From: an uncultured Acidobacteriota bacterium
GTDB taxonomy: Bacteria > Acidobacteriota > Vicinamibacteria > Fen-336
Assembly (NCBI GenBank): GCA_963700695.1
Contig: CAVOYO010000003.1
Span: 61,180-125,179, forward strand
Length of the DNA stretch: 64,000 nucleotides
Direction: 5' to 3'
A program made the position numbers and the translations under genes. Within the stretch, counting starts at the first letter, position 1; every line of letters begins with the position of its first letter. Below are positions 40,804 through 50,326 of the stretch, piece by piece. The notes under the pieces were generated by a model. It saw only the letters and a list, made by a program, of their open reading frames with translations, had not been told where the DNA came from and did no database searches.

Positions 40804-41908
40804 GGACCGTGCGATAGAAGGCGATCGTCCGCTGGGCCGTGTCCTGCCAGTCGAAGCGCTGGCTGCGCTCGAGGCCCCGCCTCCTCGAGGCCTCGGCCAG
40901 AGCCGGGTCGTCGAGAAGGCGCTCGATCGCCTGGGTGAGGGCGCCCACGTCGCCGGGATCGACCAGAGTCGCAGCGTCGCCCGCGACCTCCTCGAGCGCG
41001 GAGCCACGCGAGCAGACCACGGGGAGCCCGGCCGCCATGGCCTCGACTACCGGGAGGCCGAAGCCCTCCTCGAGCGAGGGGAGGACGAGAAGGCCGGAGG
41101 CGGCCATCAGGGCGCGGATGTCGTCTCGGGCAAGATAGCCGGTGGCGCGGATCTGGGGGCCGACCCGATCGCCCCCCTGGGCCCACGAGGACCCGGGGCC
41201 GGCCAGGACGAGAGGAGGAACGTCTCGGCGGCGCCGGGCCAGATTGAGGTAGGCCATCACCAGGGACACCAGGTTCTTCCGCTTCTCGTCGCTGCCGACG
41301 TAGAGGATGGCTCCCCGGGGGAGCCGGAGGCGATTCAGCGTGGCCGCGACCTGCGGCTCCGGCGGCACCTCACGGAAGAAGGGGTCCACGCCGAGGGGGG
41401 TCACCGCGATCTTCTCGGGCGGGATCCCGAGGAGGGTCTGGGCCTCCCGCGCGGTGAACTGGGAGACGCAGAGGATCCCGTCGGCCTCACGGGCGTGCTC
41501 CCGCACCAGGTCCACGTAGTCGCGCCGTATCTCCGCCCCCGTCATCTCCGGGTGCTTCAGGAAGAACAGGTCGTGGATCGTGAGGATGCGGCGGGCGCGA
41601 CGGGCGGGGATCAGGAGGGGGTGGGGGGAGTGGACGAGATCGAGGGGAGCGCCGACCAGACGGTCGAGGCTGGGCCAGCCGAGGCGGTTCCACGCGAGAT
41701 TGAGCCCCCCGACCGGGAAGCGGCGGTCCACGAGGTGGACGTTCGTCGGCCAGATTCGGGCGGGGTAGCGCTCCTTGAGCGAGGCCGAGAAGTAATAGAA
41801 GGTGTCGTCGAGCGCGAGGGCGGGCAGGCGATCGAGCAGGCCGAGCACGTAGCTCCCCACCCCGGTCGGTTGGGCGAGCGAAGGCCGCACATCGAGTCCG
41901 AACTTCAT
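40793..41908 (-). CDS. glycosyltransferase family 4
   Basis: MKFGLDVRPSLAQPTGVGSYVLGLLDRL..., LVLPSLEEGFGLPVVEAMAAGLPVVCS; intact; ATG 41908 preferred over the upstream 42004. Confidence 0.82.
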   Translation of the reverse strand: MKFGLDVRPSLAQPTGVGSYVLGLLDRLPALALDDTFYYFSASLKERYPARIWPTNVHLVDRRFPVGGLNLAWNRLGWPSLDRLVGAPLDLVHSPHPLLIPARRARRILTIHDLFFLKHPEMTGAEIRRDYVDLVREHAREADGILCVSQFTAREAQTLLGIPPEKIAVTPLGVDPFFREVPPEPQVAATLNRLRLPRGAILYVGSDEKRKNLVSLVMAYLNLARRRRDVPPLVLAGPGSSWAQGGDRVGPQIRATGYLARDDIRALMAASGLLVLPSLEEGFGLPVVEAMAAGLPVVCSRGSALEEVAGDAATLVDPGDVGALTQAIERLLDDPALAEASRRRGLERSQRFDWQDTAQRTIAFYRTVLGR

Positions 41909-41996
41909 GAGACGCTGAATGATAGCAGGCCTCTCGCCGAGGACAGTTGTGCTAGGCTGAACGGTCACTCGTAGCGCCAACGGAGGAGCGAAGGGA

Positions 41997-43295
41997 TTGA
42001 ACATCGGGGTCGTCGGAACGGGCTACGTGGGGCTGGTCGTCGGGGCGTGTCTCGCCGAGACCGGCAACTCGGTCCGGTGCGTCGATAGCGACGAGGACAA
42101 GATCGCCGCCTTGCGCCTCGGCCGGATCCCCATCTACGAGCCGGGGCTGGAGGAGATCGTCCTTCGCAACGTGACCGAGGAGCGCCTGCGGTTCAGCACC
42201 GACCTCGGCGAGACGGTGGCCGCCAGCGACGTGATCTTCATCGCGGTGGGAACACCGCAGGATGAGGACGGCTCGGCCGACCTGAGGCACGTGCTCGAGG
42301 TGGCGCGGGACATCGCGAGGGCGATGAACGGGGACAAGATCATCGTCAACAAGTCCACGGTGCCGGTGGGGACGGCGGCGAGGGTCCACGAGGTCGTGAC
42401 CTCCCTCACCACGCACCGGGTCGCGGTGGTGTCGAACCCCGAGTTCCTGAAGGAGGGCACCGCGGTCGACGATTTCCTCAAGCCCGACCGCGTGGTCATC
42501 GGGACCAACCAGCCCGAGGTCGAGAAGGTGATGCGCCGACTCTACCGGCCGTTCGTTCTCACCGGAAAGCCCATCATCGTCATGGACCCCGCCTCGGCCG
42601 AGCTGACCAAGTACGCGGCCAACGCGATGCTCGCGAGCCGGATCTCGTTCATGAACGAGATCGCCAACTACTGCGACCGGGTGGGCGCCGACGTCCACAG
42701 CGTCCGGATGGGCATCGGCTCGGACAGCCGCCTCGGGGCCTCGTTTCTCTTCCCCGGGGTCGGCTACGGCGGCTCCTGCTTTCCGAAGGACGTGAAGGCC
42801 CTCATCCGGATGGGCCAGGACGCAAACGTTCCGCTGCACGTGATCGAGGCGGTGGACCGCACGAACGAGGAGCAGAAGTCGAGCATCGTCCCGCGCGTGG
42901 CCGCTCATCTCGGTGGCCTCGAGGGGAAGGTCGTGGCGGTGTGGGGACTCGCGTTCAAACCCCGGACCGACGACATACGCGAGGCCCCCGCGATCGCCAT
43001 CATCGAGGGGCTCCTGGCGGGGGGGGCCTCGGTCCGGGCCTACGATCCGAAGGCGGAGGCCGGAGCCCGACGTCTGCTCGGCGACCGGGTCAGCCTGTGC
43101 AGCCGGGCCTACGAGGCGGCGACGGGAGCGGACGCCCTCGTGGTGGTGACCGAGTGGAACGAGTTCCGAGAGCCCGACTTCCGCGAGCTCAAGGCGAGGA
43201 TGCGTCACCCGGCCCTCTTCGACGGCCGGAATATCTACAATCCCCAGACCGTGCGGGAGATGGGCTTCCACTACGAGGGAATCGGGCGCCGATGA
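41997..43295 (+). CDS. ugd: UDP-glucose 6-dehydrogenase
   Basis: Intact 432 aa (TTG start, GGAGGAG RBS); NIGVVGTGYVGLVVGACLAETG, NPEFLKEGTAVDDF, GVGYGGSCFPKDV (catalytic Cys), WGLAFKPRTDDIREAPA. Confidence 0.92.
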   Translation: MNIGVVGTGYVGLVVGACLAETGNSVRCVDSDEDKIAALRLGRIPIYEPGLEEIVLRNVTEERLRFSTDLGETVAASDVIFIAVGTPQDEDGSADLRHVLEVARDIARAMNGDKIIVNKSTVPVGTAARVHEVVTSLTTHRVAVVSNPEFLKEGTAVDDFLKPDRVVIGTNQPEVEKVMRRLYRPFVLTGKPIIVMDPASAELTKYAANAMLASRISFMNEIANYCDRVGADVHSVRMGIGSDSRLGASFLFPGVGYGGSCFPKDVKALIRMGQDANVPLHVIEAVDRTNEEQKSSIVPRVAAHLGGLEGKVVAVWGLAFKPRTDDIREAPAIAIIEGLLAGGASVRAYDPKAEAGARRLLGDRVSLCSRAYEAATGADALVVVTEWNEFREPDFRELKARMRHPALFDGRNIYNPQTVREMGFHYEGIGRR

Positions 43296-44020
43296 GCGCC
43301 TCCGAGCGCATCCCGCCCCGGCGAACCCCGCTCGAGGATCCGCTCCTGACCGTCGTCATGCCGGTCTACAACGAGAAGGCGACGGTGGAGGAGATCGTGG
43401 CCCGCGTCCTCGCGGTCCCGCTGCGGATCGAGCTCATCGCGGTGGACGACGCCTCGACGGACGGCAGCCGCGAGATTCTCGAGAAGCTGTCCCGGGAGGG
43501 CGGCTTCCGCGTGCTGCACCAGGAGCGCAACCAGGGCAAGGGGGCGGCGGTCCGTCGGGGGATCGAGGCGGCCACCGGGGACGTGATCGTCGTGCAGGAC
43601 GCCGACCTGGAGTACAGCCCGGAGGAGTATCCGGACCTTCTCGATCTCATCGTCAAGGGCAAGGCGGATGCGGTCTTCGGCAGCCGCTTCATCGGCCGGC
43701 ACCGCTGCTTCCTCTTCACCCACTATCTCGCGAACCTGTTCCTGAACCTGGTCACGAACATCCTCTACAACACGACCATGACCGACATGGAGACCTGCTT
43801 CAAGGCGGTGCGCGCGGAGGTGCTGAAGGACCTGAGGTTGAAGAGCGACCGCTTCGGGATCGAGCCGGAGATCACGGCCAAGCTCTTCAAGCGGGGGGCC
43901 CGGGTCTACGAGGTCCCGATCACCTACGAGGGGCGTGACTACAGCGAGGGGAAGAAGATCACCTGGCGGGACGGCTTTCCCGCCCTCTGGACCCTGGTCA
44001 AGTACCGGTTCACCGACTAG
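43292..44020 (+). CDS. glycosyltransferase family 2 (polyprenol-phosphate sugar transferase-like)
   Basis: LLTVVMPVYNEKATVEEIV...AVDDASTDGS..., VVQDADLEYSPEEY, TDMETCFKAV; ATGA overlap with the ugd stop. Confidence 0.85.
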   Translation: MSASERIPPRRTPLEDPLLTVVMPVYNEKATVEEIVARVLAVPLRIELIAVDDASTDGSREILEKLSREGGFRVLHQERNQGKGAAVRRGIEAATGDVIVVQDADLEYSPEEYPDLLDLIVKGKADAVFGSRFIGRHRCFLFTHYLANLFLNLVTNILYNTTMTDMETCFKAVRAEVLKDLRLKSDRFGIEPEITAKLFKRGARVYEVPITYEGRDYSEGKKITWRDGFPALWTLVKYRFTD

Positions 44021-44158
44021 CGCCGGCCCCGCTCGCCGGAGGCTGTTGCCGGGGGGCCGCCTCCGCCGTTATACTCGATATTTCGGGCAGCCTGCTAAAC
44101 GGCCGCCGGCCAAGGAGATGAGGCCATCGCCCTCCCCGCGCACCCCCCTCCTGCGAGC

Positions 44159-45975
<1,817 letters not shown>

Positions 45976-45979
<4 letters not shown>

Positions 45980-46860
45980 TCCGCTCCATGACCGGCTACG
46001 GCTCCGCCGGGCTCGAGACCGAGGCGGTGCGGGCGGCGGTCACCGCCCGCAGCCTGAACCACCGTTACCTCGACGTGACCGTGCACGTCCCCCGACGGCT
46101 TCAGCCGCTGGAGGGCGAGATCAAGGAGGCGGTCGGTCGGACCGTGCGGCGCGGGCGGGTGGAGCTGTCGGTCCAGGCCACCCTCGCGGAGGGGCCCGCG
46201 GAGGAGGTGGTGCCGTCCCGACCGCTCGTCGCCTCGCTCGTGCGCGCGCTGCGCGACATGCAGAACGAGTTCGGGCTCGAAGGGGGAGTGGCGGTGTCGG
46301 ACCTCGTGCGCTTTCCCGGGGCCCTCGAGCGGGCGGAGGCCCCGGCGACCGTGCCCGGCGAGGCGCACCAGGCGCTCTTCGCCCTCGTGGGGCAGGCCCT
46401 GGAGGGTCTGGACACCATGCGGCGGGCCGAGGGCGAGCGGCTTCGCACGGAGCTGGAGCGGGCGCTCCTGGCCATCGAGGCGGCGACGGAGGCGATCGAG
46501 CGACGCGCGGAGGAGACACGGGAGGCCCGGCAGGTCACGCTGCTGGAGCGGCTGCGGGGCCTGGTGGTGGAGCTCGGCCTGGAGGACGGGCGGCTCTTCC
46601 AGGAGGTGGTTCGCTCCGTGGAGCGCCACGACGTGGCGGAGGAGATCCAGAGGCTGCGGAGCCACGCGGCGATGGCCCGGGAGCTCCTCGCGGCCGAAGA
46701 CCGCCCGGCCGGGAAGCGGCTGGACTTCCTCGCCCAGGAGCTCATGCGCGAGGCCAACACGATCGGCAGCAAGGTGGCCGACGCCACCCAGGTCCAGATC
46801 GTCGTCGGCCTCAAGGCCGAGATCGAGCGGCTGCGCGAGCAGGTGCAGAACGTTGAGTGA
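45976..46860 (+). CDS. yicC: YicC-family stress-induced protein
   Basis: MIRSMTGYGSA..., C-terminal DFLAQELMREANTIGSK...VVGLKAEIERLREQVQNVE; intact 294 aa. Confidence 0.88.
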
Positions 46861-47495
46861 GCGACTCCCGAGCGTGATCGTGGTCTCTGCGCCTTCCGGC
46901 GCGGGGAAGAGCACCGTGGTCACCCGGGTCCTCGACGAGATGCCGGGCCTGCGCTTCTCGGTTTCGCACACGACGCGACCGCCGCGCCCCGGCGAGCACG
47001 GCGGGGTCGAGTATCACTTCGTCGATCGTCCCGCTTTCGAGCGGCTGCGCGAGGAGGGGAAGCTGCTCGAGTGGGCGGAGGTGCACGGCAACCTGTATGG
47101 GACCGGCCTCGCGGAGTACGACCAGGCCCGCGCCGAGGGAGCCGACCTGCTGCTGGACGTGGACGTTCAAGGCGCGGCCCAGGTGCGCGAGAAGATGCCG
47201 GAGGCGGTGACCGTGTTCGTTCTGCCCCCCTCCTACGAGGTGCTGGAGCGCCGACTGCGGGGGAGGGGGCAGGACGACGAGCCCACGATCAAGCGCCGGC
47301 TCGCCGCCGCCGGCCGGGAGATTCGCGCCTTCGAGCACTACGACTACGCGATCGTCAACGACGACCTCGACGCGAGCGTCGAGTCACTCAAGTGCATCGT
47401 GCGGGCCGCGCCGCTGCCGCGTGAGCCACGTGGCCGAGCGGGCCCGCGCCATCGAGAGAACCTTCGAGTTGGCAAAGGAGACGAACAGAGCATGA
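46853..47495 (+). CDS. gmk: guanylate kinase (3' end requires a frame correction near 47.41 kb)
   Basis: VIVVSAPSGAGKSTV..., SVSHTTRPPRPGEHGGVEYHFV, EWAEVHGNLYGT. As assembled the ORF runs on into rpoZ. The shifted frame gives ...RCRVSHVAERARAIERTFELAKETNRA* with TGA overlapping the rpoZ ATG. Confidence 0.82.
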
Positions 47496-47734
47496 AACAG
47501 GTATACCTGCCCCGGGACGTGGATTCCAAGTTCCGCTTCATCACCGTGGCCGCCCAACGGGCCAAGCAGCTTCAGAGCGGGGCCAAGCCCCGTGTGGACA
47601 CCCGTAGCCGCAAGGCGACGCGGGTCGCCATCGAGGAGACCATCGCGGGAACCGTCTCCTGGGAGGTGAGGGATGAAGGGCCGGAGGTCGAGGTCGAGGC
47701 CGTGGCCGCGGTGGCCGCGGAGAATGAGGTCTAG
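47492..47734 (+). CDS. rpoZ: DNA-directed RNA polymerase omega subunit
   Basis: MKQVYLPRDVDSKFRFITVAAQRAKQLQSGAKPRV...ATRVAIEE; 80 aa; canonical position after gmk. Confidence 0.85.
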   Translation: MKQVYLPRDVDSKFRFITVAAQRAKQLQSGAKPRVDTRSRKATRVAIEETIAGTVSWEVRDEGPEVEVEAVAAVAAENEV

Positions 47735-47748
47735 CCGGGAGGCGATCC

Positions 47749-48963
47749 ATGCCGATGGTGGTGCTCGGGGTCACCGGGTGCATCGCGGCGTACCGGGCGT
47801 GTGAGGTGCTCCGCGAGCTGCAGCGGTGCGAGGTGGACGTGCACGTGGTCATGACCTCGGCCGCCACCCGCTTCGTGGGACCGATGACCTTCGAGGCGCT
47901 CTCGCACCACCCGGTCTTCCACGATCAGTGGGCGCTCGGCGCGAACAGCGACATCCGCCACATCAGCCTCGCGGATGCGGCCGATCTCCTCCTGGTCGCT
48001 CCGGCCACCGCCAACATCGTCGGCAAGTTCGCGCGGGGGATCGCCGACGACGCCCTGAGCACGCTGTACACCGCCACCGCGTCGCCGACGGTGATCGCCC
48101 CCGCGATGAACGTCAACATGTTCGAGCACCCCGCGGTGCAGGAGAACCTCGCGATCCTGCGCTCGCGCGGGGTCCGCGTCGTGGAGCCGGGCAGCGGGTA
48201 CCTCGCGTGCGGGTGGCTCGGTCGGGGCCGCCTCGCGGAGGTGGGCGAGATCGTCGAAGCGGCGATGGCGGCGCTGGCCCGCCGGCGGGACCTGTCCGGC
48301 GAGACGCTGCTGGTCACCGCCGGACCGACCGTCGAGGACATCGACCCGGTCCGATTCGTCTCGAATCGCTCGTCCGGGAGGATGGGCTACCGGGTCGCGG
48401 AAGCGGCGCGCGACCGTGGGGCACAGGTGATCCTCGTTTCCGGACCGACGAGCCTTCCCGCGCCGAGCGGGATGGAGTGCGTGTCCGTGCGGTCCGCCGA
48501 GGCGATGGCGCGGGCGGTGGAGGAGCACTTCGATCGGGCCACGGTCGTCGTGGCGGCGGCGGCCGTGGCCGACTACCGGCCGGCCGCCGTTTCCGGCGCC
48601 AAGCTCAAGAAGGGCGACGGCCCGCTCACCCTCGAGCTGGTGCGGACCGAGGACATCCTCGGTGGTCTCGGAGAGAAGAAGGGCGATCGGCTTCTCGTGG
48701 GATTCGCGGCGGAGACGGAGCAGCTCGTGGACCGAGCGCGGGCCAAGATGAAGGCGAAGAAGCTGGACCTGATCGTCGCCAACGAGGTGGGCACCGGCTT
48801 CGGCGCGGAGACCAACGCCGCGGTTCTTCTCCGCAAGAGCGGCCCGCCGGTCGACGTGCCCCTGGTGAGCAAGCGCGAGCTGGCCGACCGCATCTGCGAC
48901 GAGATCGTCCAGCTCCGCTCGGCGGTGACGGCGCCCGAGAAAGCGGGCGCAGGTCCCCAGTGA
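47749..48963 (+). CDS. coaBC: bifunctional phosphopantothenoylcysteine decarboxylase / phosphopantothenate-cysteine ligase
   Basis: Intact 404 aa; [84 protein letters not shown]. Confidence 0.92.
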   Translation: MPMVVLGVTGCIAAYRACEVLRELQRCEVDVHVVMTSAATRFVGPMTFEALSHHPVFHDQWALGANSDIRHISLADAADLLLVAPATANIVGKFARGIADDALSTLYTATASPTVIAPAMNVNMFEHPAVQENLAILRSRGVRVVEPGSGYLACGWLGRGRLAEVGEIVEAAMAALARRRDLSGETLLVTAGPTVEDIDPVRFVSNRSSGRMGYRVAEAARDRGAQVILVSGPTSLPAPSGMECVSVRSAEAMARAVEEHFDRATVVVAAAAVADYRPAAVSGAKLKKGDGPLTLELVRTEDILGGLGEKKGDRLLVGFAAETEQLVDRARAKMKAKKLDLIVANEVGTGFGAETNAAVLLRKSGPPVDVPLVSKRELADRICDEIVQLRSAVTAPEKAGAGPQ

Positions 48964-49673
48964 CCGACGAGGACGACGTGCGCCGGGACGTCGCGGAGCA
49001 CGCCCGCTTCCTGGCCTCGCTGACCGGCATTGGGGTGCGCCTTCCACCCGAGGGCGCGGCCGCGGGGGAGCCGGGTCCCGCGACGGGTGGGGGAGCGGCG
49101 CTGGACCCGGAGGCCGGGCTGCGCGCCATCCGCGAGGAGATGGGGGACTGCCAGCGCTGCCGGCTTGCGGGCGGCCGCAAGACGATCGTCTTCGGGCAGG
49201 GGAACCCCCGAGCGGAGCTGATGTTCGTGGGCGAGGCGCCGGGCGCCGAAGAGGACGAGCAGGGGCTCGCCTTCGTGGGGCGGGCCGGCAGGCTGCTGAC
49301 CGACATCATCGAGAAGGGCCTCAAGATGAAGCGGTCCGACGTGTGGATTGGGAATATTCTGAAATGCCGGCCGCCGAAGAACCGAAACCCCGAGACGGAC
49401 GAGGTCATGGCCTGCCAGCCGTTCCTCGAGGCCCAGATCCGCACGATCCGCCCCAAGGTCCTGGTGGCCCTCGGGAAGTTCAGCGCGCACTGGCTGCTCA
49501 AGACCGCGACCCCGATCACGCGTCTCCGCGGACAGCTCGGCGAGTGGGAGGGCATCCCCGCGATGCCCACGTACCATCCGGCCTATCTCCTCCGGAACCC
49601 CAGCGCCAAGAAGGACCTCTGGGAGGACATGAAGGTCGTCCTCGGGCTCCTCGGCCGCCCTGTTCCTGATTAG
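48960..49673 (+). CDS. uracil-DNA glycosylase, family 4
   Basis: GTG start (GTGA overlap); [50 protein letters not shown]..., [24 protein letters not shown]. Confidence 0.88.
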   Translation: MTDEDDVRRDVAEHARFLASLTGIGVRLPPEGAAAGEPGPATGGGAALDPEAGLRAIREEMGDCQRCRLAGGRKTIVFGQGNPRAELMFVGEAPGAEEDEQGLAFVGRAGRLLTDIIEKGLKMKRSDVWIGNILKCRPPKNRNPETDEVMACQPFLEAQIRTIRPKVLVALGKFSAHWLLKTATPITRLRGQLGEWEGIPAMPTYHPAYLLRNPSAKKDLWEDMKVVLGLLGRPVPD

Positions 49674-49707
49674 TGGCCTGAACGCTGAGCTGACGGCGTT
49701 CAGGCCA
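49674..49707 (+). terminator. 12-bp perfect stem hairpin TGGCCTGAACGC-(10 nt)-GCGTTCAGGCCA directly after the udg stop
   Basis: Read directly; starts 1 nt after TAG 49671-49673; no U-tract, so function as an intrinsic terminator is uncertain. Confidence 0.35.
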
Positions 49708-49721
49708 CGGTCATCCCTCGA

Positions 49722-50075
49722 TCATTCATCGACCCCCCACCCCAACCCTCCCCACGTAGGGGGAGGGGAAGGCTTGAGATAGGCCATGGACACCTGCGTG
49801 TCCCCAGGGAAGGGACACGCAGGCGAAGCCTGGCCTGGTGGCCAGTCGCAGTTGAACCATGCCCCCCAGCGTATCCCTCCCCACGTAGGGGGCTCGGGGG
49901 ACGCGACGTCGAGCTTGCGAGACGAGCGTCGACCCCGAGTGTACGCCGCGACGCGTAAGCGTCGCCTCCGACAGGCCGGGAAGGCTTGAGATAGGCCACG
50001 GACACCCGCGTGTCCCCGGGGAGAGGACACGCGGGCGAGGCCTGGCCTGGTGGCCGGTCGCACTTGTTCATCGAC
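49722..50075 (+). repeat. intergenic modular repeat cluster, locus 5 (X + Y + X units, bounded by TTCATCGACC)
   Basis: Largest and best-preserved copy: head ATTCATCGACCCCCCACC...CCCTCCCCACGTAGGGGGAGGGG, GGCTTGAGATAGGCC (twice), hairpins at 49793-49823 and 50005-50035, GCCTGGCCTGGTGGCC(A/G)GTCGCA (twice), Y unit with GCGACGC-GTAA-GCGTCGC (49948-49965); ends ...CACTTGTTCATCGACC. Confidence 0.92.
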
Positions 50076-50326
50076 CCGGAGAACAGAAACGTCGCGGCGC
50101 TGGGCGCGCCAGGGGCCCGCGGAGCGGGGCGTGGAGCCCCCCTCCCTCAGTGAAATGTCCGTGGCGCGTGGGGGGCGATTCGAGCGAGGGAGGGCGCTGC
50201 TTAAAGTTGAAAGGGCAACGCCCGACCGAGCGTCCCCGCGGAGCGGGCCCCTGAAGCGGCCTCTCCCGCGTCGTCCTGGGCATCGGGGGACCTGTGGATG
50301 CGCATGGGCACGCTAGAGTAGCGGGC

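Noticed and set aside
41952-43271. 439-aa minus-strand ORF opposite ugd (similarly 44069..45943 opposite msbA; 25585..26724 opposite CBS; 50201..51508 and 51587..52639 opposite priA; 57362..59089 opposite ATP-grasp paralog 1; 37587..38933 and 40775..41974 opposite the glycosyltransferases)
   Set aside because: All are antisense shadows of intact, motif-bearing genes and have compositionally biased translations.
49700-50071. ORFs inside the repeat loci encoding recurring peptides such as [17 protein letters not shown] and CPLPGDTRV (also 6832..7137, 25457..25684, 28481..28726, 33615..33995)
   Set aside because: The same DNA modules occur in both orientations and are read in different frames at different loci. 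There are no consistent starts or RBSs. The conservation is at the nucleotide and hairpin level, not the protein level.
49722-50075. Possible CRISPR array (tandem repeated units)
   Set aside because: The units are over 100 nt, heterogeneous and directly abutting, rather than 25-40 nt repeats separated by unique spacers. Copies are dispersed at five loci, and there are no cas genes in the window.
50076-50326. Possible structured ncRNA upstream of priA (9-bp inverted repeat CCCTCCCTC ... GAGGGAGGG with a 38-nt loop, around 50140-50200)
   Set aside because: I could not match it to any RNA family I know (SRP, 6S, RNase P, tmRNA or riboswitch cores), and a single GC-rich inverted repeat is weak evidence in this composition. 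It would be worth including in a cmscan run but is not reported as a feature.
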